Shown in pieces: positions 39,901 to 52,600 of a DNA stretch of 64,000 bases. The DNA comes from Azolla caroliniana (taxonomy: Eukaryota > Plantae > Polypodiophyta): contig JBHGNT010000006.1 in NCBI GenBank assembly GCA_043228905.1, positions 14,694,001 through 14,758,000 of the forward strand. Direction: 5' to 3'. Numbering within the stretch: position 1 is the stretch's first letter; every line of letters begins with the position of its first letter. The notes beneath the pieces are model-generated. The model did not search any database. It was not told where the DNA came from and saw only the letters and a program-made list of their open reading frames with translations. A program made the position numbers and the translations under genes.

Positions 39901-41021
39901 TCTTGCATCCGATTGATGTCATCAGCCACACGTCTCCTATGCCGGAAATCCGGCATGTACCTTCATTTCCCATCCGGACACAGCCGTGCTCACCGGCTGT
40001 GTAGGATGAGAAGTATTTCTTCTCCGGGGTCAGGTGGAACGACGCTCCGGAATCGACCACCCAGGTCATCTCTTCACCGGCAAGGTTCAGCTCCCTCTCT
40101 TCGGTAATGAGCATTATCTCTTCTTCACTTGCCGCGAGTGCCGTCGTTCCTTTCCGGTCCTGCCCTCGCCGATACGGACCTCTCCGGTCCGTGGCTCCCC
40201 GGTATGCACCGTTTCGCTCCGGTGACTTCTTCGAATCGGTAGGGTTTAGGGTTTAGGGTTTAGGGTTTACAGTTCTTCTAGAAGTGTCCCGGCTTCCCAC
40301 AGTAGAAGCATGTAGGCCTTCCTCTCGACTGCGACCGTGTCCCCGACTTCTCCCGTCTTTGCGGACTCCGGTTCCGTTGTCTTCCCCGTTCCGATTCGGT
40401 AAGCAGCGCCTTCGAGTCGGAGGCCGGTTCTTTATCTCTCCGACGCGCTTCTTCATTTAGAATACTTGTCTTTACCGTTTGTAAAGACAAGTTCTCTTCC
40501 TTACAGGAGGTGCTGAGAGTAACTACCAAGTTCTCCCAGCTCTCCGGAAGGGTACACATCAGCATGATGGCTTGCATTGCGTCATCCAACGGGAACTTGA
40601 TCGCCGCAAGCTGGTTCACGAATCCCATGAACGTGCTGACGTGTTCGACCATGCTCTCGCCGTCCCGGTACTTAAGATTCACTATCTTCCTCATCAGGGA
40701 GGTCCGGGTTAGAGCATTCTTCCTCTCATACAGTCCGGACAGCTTCTGCCACATCTCATAGGCGTTCGTATCGTTCGCCACATGTTGCAGGACACTTACA
40801 TCGACATATTGCCGGATCGTCGCTACGGCTTTCTGGTTCAGGAGCTTCCACTCCGACTCTATTACCCCCTTGGGTATCTCGGCATTGTCGATCGGTTCGT
40901 ACAGGTCTCGGACGATGAGAAGGTCTTCCATCTTTATCTTCCAGTCGGCGTAGTTCTGTGAGTTCAACACCATCATGCCCGGAGGCCCACTACCGCCGCC
41001 TTCCATTTTCTGTGTTACCAT
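36938..41021 (-). pseudogene. copia-3 gag-pol, broken by two stops and the telomeric insertion
   Basis: ORFs 40278-41021 (gag), 37844-40114 (PR-INT-RT) and 36938-37834 (RT-RH) retain the catalytic motifs. Confidence 0.96.
40240..40269 (+). repeat. Interstitial telomeric repeat, ~4 x TTTAGGG
   Basis: tagggtttagggtttagggtttagggttta inside copia-3 coding sequence. Confidence 0.95.
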
Positions 41022-41301
41022 CGCTCTGATACCACTTTGTTAAACACAGTGCTCGGCCACAACCGAGGAATAGGATCAACTCACAGAAAACAGGAAATAC
41101 AAAAATGCACGAAGACAATAGAGAGAAGAGTACACAGGATGTTTTACGTGGAAAACCCTAAATGGGAAAAACCACGGGAGTCCTCAAACTCCAACTATCA
41201 CTATAAACAGAGATGTACAATGGTGAAGCTACAAGGCAACAACCTTGAGCTCACTGTCTTCGCCACAGGCGGCGGTAATACATAGAGGCAACGACCTCTT
41301 C

Positions 41302-41336
<35 letters not shown>

Positions 41337-41519
41337 CTGCTCACTTAGCTCCCTCTAAGTGGAAAACCAGAAAAATGAGTAACAACCTGTAAACTGTTTG
41401 CCCTAAGTCATATTTATACACATATGACTTTCGGGCTATTTACAAATATAGCCTCAAGGGCCCTTGGCAAACATATTCACAAATATGTCCCCGCATCCGG
41501 ATCTCTCTCCGGGTACATT

Positions 41520-41665
41520 CGTCATCCGGCTCCGTAGCCGGGGTCTTCATCATCCGGCTCCGTAGCCGGGGTCTCCATCATCCGGCTCCGTAGCCGGGGT
41601 CTTCATCATCCGGATCCGTAGCCGGGTACTCTTCATCCGGCTTCATGCCGGGTACTCTTCATCCT
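41520..41665 (-). repeat. 28-bp hairpin tandem array in the copia-3 LTRs (also ~36735-36850)
   Basis: Unit catccggctccgtagccggggtcttcat; the 5' LTR has one more unit than the 3' LTR. Confidence 0.88.
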
Positions 41666-41907
41666 CCGGTTTCGTAACCGCAACCGGGCTTGCCGTCATT
41701 CACCTCCGGACATCCCATCCGGAGGGACCGAAATCCCGTCCGTGCTTAATTGTAATCATCTTATGCGTGTAACCTAGCATCCAATCCTTACCACCCCTTT
41801 GGAGAAGTGTCGGATAGACACCTGTGTTGAGGCTAGTCCGGCCAGACAGACAACACTATTTTGGCGACCACGATTCCTGCAAAGTGCAGAGGACAACCGG
41901 GGGATGG

Positions 41908-44900
41908 ATGTCTAGACCAAACGACGACCACATCACCGAACGAGGGAGACGATACACCGAACGCGAGCAACGACGGGAAGCCCTGCAGCAAGCCGTCGAC
42001 GAGATCCGGCGGGATCGGTCATTCTCCAAAATTCTTCGGAGAGTCGCAGAAGAAGCACTGCAGTTCCGGGTTCTGTAAATCCCTGACGAAGGCAGTAGCA
42101 TAACAAGCCTGCAAGAGGAGGAAACGATACTGCAGACGCTCACCGCGGGCGACGGGGACTCGGAAGCATTCGCAACACTTGAGGCGGAGTCGGAAAGCGA
42201 CGGAAACGTTGCATCCCGGTATAAAAGCAGCCACGACACACCAAACGACCGGGAGGACGAGGGGTCGGAAGACTCAGTAACACCGGCGCTAGAGGAAGAA
42301 ATAACCCTGGAATTCGGTGACCGGCAACCGCCAAGGAAGGCTGAGCGGATACCGACAACACCCGCGGAGGAACCAACGGACCGGACACCGGCAACACCCG
42401 CGGAGGAACCAAAGGTTCTCACACCAACGCCAACAGCGGACAGAGAGCGGAGGAAACAGGAGAGTCAGTTGGACGACACGATGCCGTACCCATACCCGAA
42501 GTACCAGGATGAGGCCGACGCGGAGGCACACGTGTACGCATTCCTCCAAACATGGGAAACCGACCATATCTCCCAAAGACTGACGGAGCCCGAAGCCGAA
42601 CGATCCAAAATCGCCGAATTCGGCATAACCTTAGAAGGACCGGCGGCCCAATGGCACGCAAAGCACTTACCAGGCACCTTTGCCACATTCGATGCCTTGA
42701 AGGCCAGATTCCTCAGGTTTTTTCACAGACAATTTGAGCAAAGGGAATTGGTCGGGCAGTTCTACACCACCCGGCAGGAAGAGAACGAGACCATGCCACA
42801 ATTCATCATTCGGTTCCAGACCCTGCACAGCCAACTGACAAGAGCACCACCCGAAGACGAAGCCAAAGCAGTCTTTCTGGCCGCACTGAAAGAGCCACTT
42901 CGAACAATGTGCGGAGTCCTTGATTTCCAAACCAGCTCAATGGACCAAGTTATTGATCGGGTTTTAGAAATGGACAAGACTAGCCCCTTCTTGTCGATGG
43001 GGATGTTACACCGGGCACTCCCAAAGGAGGAAGACCTGAGGTTCCGACAGGCCTTACAATGCACAACATGCCTAAATTCGGGGCACTCAACAGTGGACTA
43101 CACCCTGCAGACACAATGTGTGATCTGCAACTCTCGAGCCCATACAACGGACCGATGCGAATATAACCTGTTAAATCGGCAGGCAGCACCGGTTCGACAC
43201 ATAGAACCGCGCAATCAGAACCCGGACGAGGATCGATTCCGGAGAGACGACCGCTACCAACGCAAACGCGGTAACAGATACGCTGATAGAAGACGCGACA
43301 ACTATGACCGAGAGGAGAGACGCAGAGATAGCTACCCCCAGGACCAGTACAACAGAGACGAATCCCCGGAAGACAACCGACGCAGAGAAGAGAGGCGACA
43401 ACGATACGCTGATAGAAGACGCGACAACTATGACCGAGAGGAGAGACGCAAAGATAGCTACCCCCGGGACCGGTACGACCGAAACGAAGCCCCGGAATAC
43501 GACCGACGCAGAGAAGAGAGGCGACAAGGGAACCGAAATTTCCGACGGAATCAGAAGCGTGGATTTTTCCGAAGAGAGGAACGTCGGGAGGCAGCAAGGA
43601 ATGACAACCAGGTATCGGTACCGGATAACCGAAAAACTGAAGACGACCGCCGGAGCATACCCACCCTCCAAACCGGGGACAAAGCAGAAACGAGCAACAG
43701 TCACAAGGTGTACTGTTATTACTGCCGCAAGGAAGGCCACTATAGTAACCAATGCCCAAGCAAAAGCTATGACAAGCAGCCGGAAGTCAACATGGTTACA
43801 GCCGAAATAACAGAGGTACAGCAGGTCACAACCCGGTCAAAGGGAAAGACCGCCGAGTGGGAAGCCCAGGAGGCAATCAGAAAACAAGCGACACAATGGA
43901 TCAAGGAGGCCAATGAACAGAATGCGGCAGAAGTAAGAGACCAAAATATGCCAAAAGACGAAGAAATCATACAGCCAGGAGAAAACCCGACGTGGCAAGC
44001 GCTACAGGACTGTCAAATCGTGCTGCCGTTAGCACGACTACTACAGTTAGTGCCACGATTTACGGCAGACCTACAGGCATCCGTCAGCAAACCGAAGCCG
44101 ACGCCAGCACCGGCATTCTTCTCCAACCCGGAGGAAGGACCAGCGGTGGTCGATACAAGTAGCCTGGCGATCACGGCAATCGTGAAAGGAAAGGAAATTG
44201 CTGGAACAATTATTGACGGAGGCTCCGAGGTAAATGTCATCAGCCAACAGACATGCAACGACCTGGGCATCCGGGAATGGGAACCATGCCCCTTCTGGTT
44301 ACGCATGGCGGATACTAGCTCAGTCCGACCGACCGGGCTTATCCGGGACTTGGAAATAACGATCGGAGGCCACGTATTCCGGATATCGGCCGTGGTGCTG
44401 CAGCTGAATGTACAAGGCGCGTACCCCGTACTGCTAGGACGACCATGGCTGCGAACGGCGCATATCAAGCAGAATTGGCAAAAGAACATGATCACATTCC
44501 GGCGAGGGAAAACAAAGGTACGAGTAACGACGCAACCACGGGTGATCACCAGTAAGGAAGCAACTCCATTGTATGCGGAAAGCATTAACATGTTGGAGGG
44601 ATTACCGGACGAGGAAGTCGAGCGGTACCTCGAGGAACACCCACAAATCGTCCCACTATTTGAGGTGGATATCATGGCGGCAGTAGAACCGTACATTACG
44701 ACGCCGGAAGAACCGGACCAAGCGGCGATCCGGGAACTGCGACAAGCGCAGGAATCCCTAGAGAGGGAAATGACGATATCCCAGAGGGTAAAAGCATCCC
44801 AACTCGAGGAGGTGGACCTCGGTACAGCAGACAAGCCCCGACCAGTAAATGTTGCAAAGGAATTGCCGAAGGAAGAAAAGAAGGCAATGGTAGCATTGTT

Positions 44901-47805
44901 AACAGACTTCAAAGATGTGTTCGCGTGGTCGTACGAAGACATGCGAGGGCTGGACCCCCAGCTCTATCAGCACCAAATTCACCTAAGTACGAACGCGAAA
45001 CCGATTGCTCAACGCAGGTACCGGATGAATCCGAATTATGCGGCAAAGGTGAAGGAGGAAATTGATAAGCTCCTCCAGGTCGGATTTATCCGACCGGTCA
45101 AGCAGGCAACCTGGCTAAGTCCGATAGTGGTGGTCCCGAAAAAGAACTACAAAATCCGGGTATGCGTGGACTACCGAAAACTAAATGCCGCAACAGTGAC
45201 CGATGCGTTTCCACTACCATTTACGGACGGGGTGTTAGATGCGGTAGCCGGGCACGAAGTTTACAGCTTCCTGGATGGATTTAGCGGCTACAACCAAATA
45301 CGAATGAACCCGACCGACCAAGAGAAGACAGCGTTCGTGACGGAATGGGGAGTGTTCGTCGCGGTCGTGATGATGTTCGGACTAAAGACGGCTCCAGCGA
45401 CCTTTCAAAGGATAATAATGGAAATTTTCGGGGAATATATCCCCGGTTTTATGCAGGTCTTCCTTGACGATTTCGCGGTCTACAACCGGCACGGAGAGCA
45501 TCTCGATCACCTCCGGTTGTGCTTGGAGAAGTGCCGCGAGTACCGATTGAGCCTGAATCCGGCCAAATGCGTCTTTGGAGTGGCAAGCGGCAACTTGCTA
45601 GGGCACGTGGTGAGTAAGGAAGGAATCGCGGTAGATCCGGATAAAGTCAAGGCGATTCTCGATGCACCAGCACCAAGTAACGCAAAGGCTTTAAGTCGGT
45701 TCCTGGGCCAAATAAGGTGGCATAGCCGGATGATACGGCACCTCGCGGACTTCGCTACACCGTTACATACCGCCGTACATAGGGTACCCTTCCTATGGGC
45801 GGAGACGGAGGAGGAATCCTACAAAGCGTTGAAGGTTATGCTGTGGCAAGCTCCGGTGGTGCAACCGCCGGATTGGAGTAAAAGCTTTCACGTCTTCGTC
45901 GACGCGTCGGACGTAGCAATCGGCATCGTTCTGATGCAACTCAAGGAGCCGAAATGGTACTGACCGGTGTACTACGCAAGCCGGAAACTCTCAAAAGCCG
46001 AACGGAATTACTCTACGACGGAACGCGAGGCATTGGGAATGGTGTATAGTGTCACAAAGTACAGGCACTATCTGCTCGGAAGGAAGTTTTCCTTCCATGT
46101 CGACCATTCGGCACTACTCTACCTGGTCTCGAAGGAATCCCTGACGGGAAAAATTGCACGGTGGACACTGCTACTACAGGAATTTGAATTCGACATTTTC
46201 CACCGACCCGGGGCGCAGCATGCGGTAGCGGACTATCTAAGCAGACTCGAATCCGGAGAAGCAGGGGACGGCGTCCAGGATGAGTTTCCCGACGCCGAAT
46301 TGTTCCGGATCACGACGAAACCGGCAACGGATACAACGGTAGCCGACGAAGACACATGGCTAACTGAGATGCACCAGTTCCTGAGCACCGGAGTTCCCCC
46401 GGAGAACATGGACCGCGATGAAAGGAAAAGGGTAGCAGTAAGAAGTAGACATTTCTGCTTGGTTGGAGACACCCTCTATCACAAGGGGGCAGATGGCATC
46501 TGGAGACGAGCAGTGCGGAGCGATGAGAAGGATCTAATCCTCAGGGAAGCCCACTGTGGAATTGCCGGCGGGCATTATGCCGGCGACGCAACCGCTCGGA
46601 AAATATGGCAGAGCGGACTGTGGTGGCCGACCACCCTAAAAGATGCCATGAAGTATAGCAGAGAATGCGATTTGTGTCAACGACTGGGCCAACCCACAGA
46701 GCAGGCCCGGATGCCACACCACCCGGTCTTGCCCTTAGAACCGTTTCAAAAGTGGGGGTTGGACTTTGTCGGTCCCTTCAAACCACCAGCAATGCGAACC
46801 GGAAATCGGTATGTCATAGTGGCGACCGACTATTGCACCAAATGGGTAGAAGCAAAGGCCTTACGGGACAACACGGCCGCGTCCACGGCAAAGTTTCTGT
46901 ACGAATGCATATGGTGCCGGTATGGATGCCCGATCAAGCTTATAAGTGACCAAGGAGGACATTTTCTCGGGCAGGTAGTAGAAAGCCTGACGTCATTTTA
47001 CGCGGTGGTACATAAAAAGAGTACACCCTACTACCCTCATGCCAATGGACTAGCGGAATCAACGAACAAAACTCTGCAGAACATCCTACGAAAAATCGTC
47101 AACGAGAACCCGACCGACTGGGATACGAAATTGCAAAGCGCGCTATGGGCGTACCGACCAACATACAAAACCAGCATCCGGACAACCCCGTTCCGACTAG
47201 CATTCGGGTTAGAAGCGGTCATGCCGGTAGAGTTCCAGATCCCCAGCTTACGGATTCAGGTGAAGGAGCGCTTAAGTGAGAACGAGTCCGAACGAATCCG
47301 GCTGGCAACGCTGTTGGAATTAGAGGAAAACCGAATAGCTAGCTTACTACAACTCGAACTGGAGCAAAGGAGGAGAAAAGCCTTCGTGGACCGACACCGG
47401 TGTGGCAATGAAAAGGAGTTCGAAGTCGGGAAACCGGTGCTACTATTCCAGACAAGGATGGGGAACATGCCGGGAAAGTTGCGGTTTCGATGGACCGAAC
47501 CGTTCTGGATCACCAAGGAGTACAATGGGTCGTATCAGCTGGGCACGTTGTCTGGAGATGTCATCGGCAAGTGGGCAGATGGATTTCGGCTAAAGCCGTA
47601 TAAAGGAAATATGCCAGCCAACCCGTTCAAGCGAAACCCGGAAATCCAGCAAAATGAGGAACCGACACCGACAGACGCTGCTGAAGATATTCGGACCGAG
47701 GAAGAACCGACACCGATACTGACGAAGACTATCCCGGAAAACCGACAGAAGGATCCGGTATCCACACGAACCGACCCGAACAAATCGGGGGGGACCAGCA
47801 AATGA
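41908..47805 (+). pseudogene. Single-frame gag-pol of copy C with only two nonsense codons (42076 TAA, 45961 TGA)
   Basis: ORFs 41824-42078, 42469-45963 and 45967-47805 are in one frame; IIDGGSEVN protease, VFLDDF RT, FVDASD RNase H, HHCC and DDE integrase. Confidence 0.95.
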
Positions 47806-48254
47806 CGTGGTCCAAGCAAAAGGAAAAAAGGAAAAAAATAAAAATAAAAAATAAAATAAAATAAAATAAAATAAAAAATGACGTGGGCAAAATCGACGCG
47901 AATCATCGTAATGATGGGGAGATCACAAGAGGTGGGAGCGCCACCATGCAACGAAGAGGCGCCATGCATTAAAGAAGGACGTGCGCGGACTTGCTATTTA
48001 AAGCATGGAACGTGGGCACTCACACGCGGCAAACAAGAAAGGACATACTAATTATGGCGGGAGAGGAACATGCGCGGGAAACGAAAAAGGGCGGCTCAAG
48101 GCACAACCCACTATATAAGACACAGGCCTGCGAAGGGCTCACTTTTTACGAATTTTCCTACATACAGGCGCAAAAGCACAGAAGAGCGACCCGACGCACA
48201 GAGCACACACAGCGCGATCCTGAACAACAGGCAGCAGACGAAGAATTCGGAACA

Positions 48255-49372
48255 ATGGTACTGTCGGAAGAGGCACGCCAATGGATGAGGGAGAACGGGT
48301 TAAAAGGATTACTGCGGATCGCCGACGCTCCACCACACGCAGAACCAGAGCAGGCGGCAGCATCGATCGATATATCAGAAGTCACGGAAGGAGCGGTGCA
48401 GGCGCTCACGGGGATCAAAGCAGGAGGACTTCAGACAATCGAAAACCCTTCCAGTGAAATCCTGTTCGAATATTTCGGGGAATACTCTATCAGCAGCAAG
48501 GCGTACCGAACGCAGGGCGGAGAGAACCTGTTGTTCGGAGAAGTGGCCCGCGCTATGATGGAATACGGATTCGTGAATCCCCGTCCCCCAGCCATAGCCA
48601 AGTACCGGGCAGCGTTCTTAATAGCAGCGTACGAGGGCTTACAAATAGACTGGCTCCATTTCATAACCGAAGGATTGAAGGAGGCCATCAGAAATCTTGT
48701 GGAAGGAAAAAGGCCATGGGCCGGGATAGCACAATGGCTAACGGTGTTAGTTCCACTGGTGCTCCCCATCACACAAAAGAAAAGAGGTCGGCAGGAGACG
48801 ACGCCGAAAAAGGTCACAAAGCGCCGACAGATCTTGGAGAAACACACCCCCGGATGGACCCAGCAAGAAGCAGAACAGCAGGGGGAAGGACCATCCCGAC
48901 AGCAATAGGAACCGGCAACAAAGGCAAAACCGGCAGGTAAAGGCAAAGGGAAAGCGGCCGAGGAGGAACCGGTAGCGCGCAAACCAATCCATATAACGTT
49001 GCGACGGCCGGAACCGGAACCAAAGGTCTCTATACAAAAGGTCCGTCTGGTAACCGCACCGGAGGAGGAAACTGAAACAGAAGACTCATCCGAACCACTG
49101 GTAAGACTCCCAGCAAGACAAGGTCGGGAGAAACGGGCGAAAGGACCGGCTCCACCAGTGGACAGAACTCAGCAGAGGGCGCAAGGACCATCTCCAGTAG
49201 CCGAGGCGGAAACAGCACCGGAACCCGTACCCAGGGAAGCAGCACCGACACCGGTTGGGCCGGACTTCAGAAAACCGGTCATCCCAGAGAAGAAGAAGGA
49301 ACAAGCGCCAAAGCAGGAGCCAGAGAAGAGGCCGGAAAATCAGCCTGGCTTAAGTGAGCAAGGCCACCCCGA
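48255..49372 (+). CDS. 3' accessory ORF of copy C (N-domain, in-frame TAG at 48906-48908, then linker; truncated)
   Basis: aacaATGG start with a TATA-like ctatataag at ~48111; the frame stays open after the TAG. Confidence 0.75.
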
Positions 49373-49678
49373 TGAGTAGATAAGTCCTCTTGTATCTTAC
49401 GTAGCCACTCCAAACGATCCTCTACACAAGGATTTGTGGGTAACTCTAGGGTTTCAAATACACACCGTCGGGGGTGACAACCCGTGTAAGCATAAAATGG
49501 TGTGACCTTTGTCGATGAGTGGACAGAGTTATTATACACAAATTCGGCGAAGTGTAGAATATCCGCCCAGTCATCTTGGTGATAGCTTAAAAAGCACCGA
49601 AGATACTGCTCCAACGTTTGATTTGTTCGTTTTGCTTGGCCGTTTGTTTGCAGCTGGTAGCCGGAGGAGAGGTTACAA
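49373..49678 (-). pseudogene. Chromovirus-like gypsy integrase core fragment
   Basis: ..LSSGYQLQTNGQAKRTNQTLEQYLRCFLSYHQDDW...AEFVYNNSVHSSTKVTPF.. Confidence 0.85.
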
Positions 49679-52600
49679 GAGTATTTCTCAACTTACATAG
49701 ACGGGGATCATCTCTATGTAAAGATGGGTGATAGTGGAGAGTGCAAGATAACCGGAGTCGTAAGTGTGTGCTTAACAACGTCGACAGGGTGTCGACTAAC
49801 ATTGAAGGATGTTCGACACATCCCCGATATCAGATTGAATTTGATATCGACTGGAAGGCTTGATGACGAAGGCTACAGTGGTAGTTTTCGGAATGGCAAG
49901 TGGAAGTTCTGCCGAGGAAGTCTCATAGTGGCCCGAGCACAAAAAGAAGGCACATTGTACATGATGCATGCCCGACTGTACAAATCGGAAGTAAATGTGG
50001 TAGCCGACTCAGCAAGGGAGATATGGCATAAGAGGCTAGGCCACATGGCACATGTTAGCCGACCAAAAACTTCTACCAGAAGTCAAGGAAGTACACCTGG
50101 AGAAGTGTGTCGACTGCTTAGCCGGAAAGCAGAACAGGACGTCATTCCACACGAGACCACTGAGGAGAAGAGAAGCTGCACTGGAACTAGTGCACACGGA
50201 TGTGTGCTATGTGGATGCTCCATCGCATCGAGGAGGACAGTACTTTGTAACGTTTATTGACGACTACAGTTGGAAAACATGAGCCTTCATACTGAAGTCG
50301 ACGGATCAAGTATTGTCAGTTTTCAAGAAGTTCCAGGCAAGAGCTAAAAGAGAGTCGGGTCAGAAACTAAAGGTTGTACGAACCAACAATGGTGGCGAGT
50401 ACAAAGGGCAGTTCAAAGAATATTGCAAGTGCGAAGGTATTCGAATTGAATACACAATACCAAAGACCCCTGAGTTGAACGGACTTGCAGAGAGGATAAA
50501 TCAAACAATCATGGAGAGAGTAAGGAGCATGCTCTCTTATGTGAAACTGCCGAAATCCTATTGGGCTGAGGCGATGTACACAGTTGTTTATCTGATCAAT
50601 AGGTCTCCCTCAGTACCTCTTAAGGGAGATGTCCCACAGAGGATGTGGACAGGGAAGGATGTCTCCTACCAACACCTGAGGGTGTTTGGATGTTTGGCGT
50701 ATATGCATGTACCAAAGGATCAGAGGTCAAAGCTCGACAACAAGTCGAAAGCATGCATATTCATGGGATACTCGGAAGATGAATTCGGCTACAGGTTGTG
50801 GGACTTAGTCGACAAGAAGGTAGTGAGAAGTCGGGATGTTGTCTTTCTTGAAGATAAGACAATTGAACACTGGAAGCAACAGAAGTCGGAACCGAATCCC
50901 CAGTCAACCTCGACTACCATCGACTTAAGACCAAATGTGTCGTCACCGGCAGCTATAAGGAGACAGCTGGCCAACAGAGCCGAATCCGAGTCGGTCGACT
51001 CGGGAAGACCGACAGACTATGAGTCGAAGTCGAGCAGATCTGCTAAAATCAATTGAGGAATATGAGTTGGAGTTGTCCAACCTGGAGATGCCGATTGATG
51101 AGCAGAATCCCGAGCAAAGAGAAGAGTTGGCAGAGACATCCGGAAAAGAGCCAACAACGAGTGGACGAAGGTACCCACTAAGAGAAAGGAAGGCAACGAG
51201 TACATATGCCAGCCAATACATCCTCTTGACTGATGACGGTGAACCTGAGTGCTATGAAGAAGCCACTACCGACGAGAGAAAAGAAAAGTGGCTGAACGCG
51301 ATGCAAGAGGAGATGGAATCCTTGCATGCAAATTACACCTACGACCTAGTAGAGCTGCCGAAAGGTAAGAGAGCACTCAGGAATAAATGGGTCTACAAGG
51401 TGAAGACTGGAGAAGTTGATAGCGAGCCTAGGTATAAAGCCCGCATAGTGGTGAAGGGGTTCCAACAGAGGAAGGGTGTCAACTTTGATGAGATATTCGC
51501 ACCATTCGTGAAGATGACATTGATTCGAACTGTTCTAAGCATAGCGGCCAGCATGGATCTGGAGATCGAACAATTGGATGTCAAAACCGCATTTCTGCAC
51601 GGGGAGTTAGAAGAAGAAATCCACATCCAGTAACCTGAAGGCTTTGAGGAGAAAGGGAAAGAGAATCTGGTGTGTTGACTGAGGAAAAGCTTGTACGGAC
51701 TGAAACAAGCTCCACGACAATGGTACAAGAAATTTGAGTCCTTCATGATGGAACATCGGTTCCAGAAAACACAGGCCGATCACTGTGTGTTCGTCAAAAG
51801 GTACAAAGAAGGAGATTTCTTCATTCTCTTGTTATACATTGATGACATGTTGATAGTGTTCAAGACACAAGGAAGATTGGAAGCTTGAAGAAAGCTCTCG
51901 GCAAATCATTTGCCATGAAAGACCTTGGACCGGCAAAGCAAATCCTAGGAATGCACATAACCCGAGACAGAGCTCAAAAGGTGCTATGGTTGTCACAACA
52001 AAAGTATGTGACGAAGATCCTAGAGAGGTTCAACATGTCAAGCGCAAAGTCAGTCGGCTCAGTGCTACCGACAAAATGCAGACTAAATGTGAAGCAGTGT
52101 TTGAAAGGGCAGAAGGAGAAGGTTGAGATGAAGAAGGTACCATATGCCTCAGCCATTGGCAGTCTACTGTATGCTATGGTCTATATGAGACCGTACATAG
52201 CATTTTTTCTAAGAGGAGTAAGCCGATATATGAATAATCCAGGGAGAGAACACTAGGCAGCAATGAAGTGGATACTCAGGTACTTAAAGGGCACCTCGGG
52301 GGTGTGCCTCAGGTATGGTTTCGGAAAACCTGTGGTGGAAGTTTTACCGATTCAGACATGTCAGGAGATACCGACTCAAGCCAATCCACGTCAGGGTACG
52401 TGATGACCTATGCAGGGGAAGTAGTGTCGTGGCAGTCACGACTGCAGAAGTCTGTAGCCTTGTCGACTACAGAGGCAGAATATATGGCAGTGGTAGGGGC
52501 CGGAAAAGAGCTAATCTAGATGAGAAATTTTCTCACCGAACTAGGCATGAAGCAAAAGGAGTTCTTGCTTCACTGTGACAGCCAAAGTGCCATACACCTA

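Larger units (their letters stand above)
36251..41737 (-). mobile_element. Young Ty1/copia, Tnt1/Tork-like (copia-3); outer 4 bp of the 5' LTR and right TSD missing
   Basis: Near-identical LTRs at 36251-36927 and 41038-41737, PBS TGGTATCAGAGC at 41023-41034, PPT at 36928-36941. Confidence 0.97.
41738..49372 (+). mobile_element. Athila-like Ty3/gypsy, copy C; near-identical to A, inverted, truncated at both ends
   Basis: Partial 5' LTR at 41738-41855, PBS tggcgaccac at 41862-41871, gag-pol, A-rich spacer at 47817-47878, accessory ORF cut at 49372. Confidence 0.95.

Noticed and set aside
40240-40269. True chromosome end or fusion site
   Set aside because: Only ~4 units in one orientation, and both flanks are collinear parts of the same copia.
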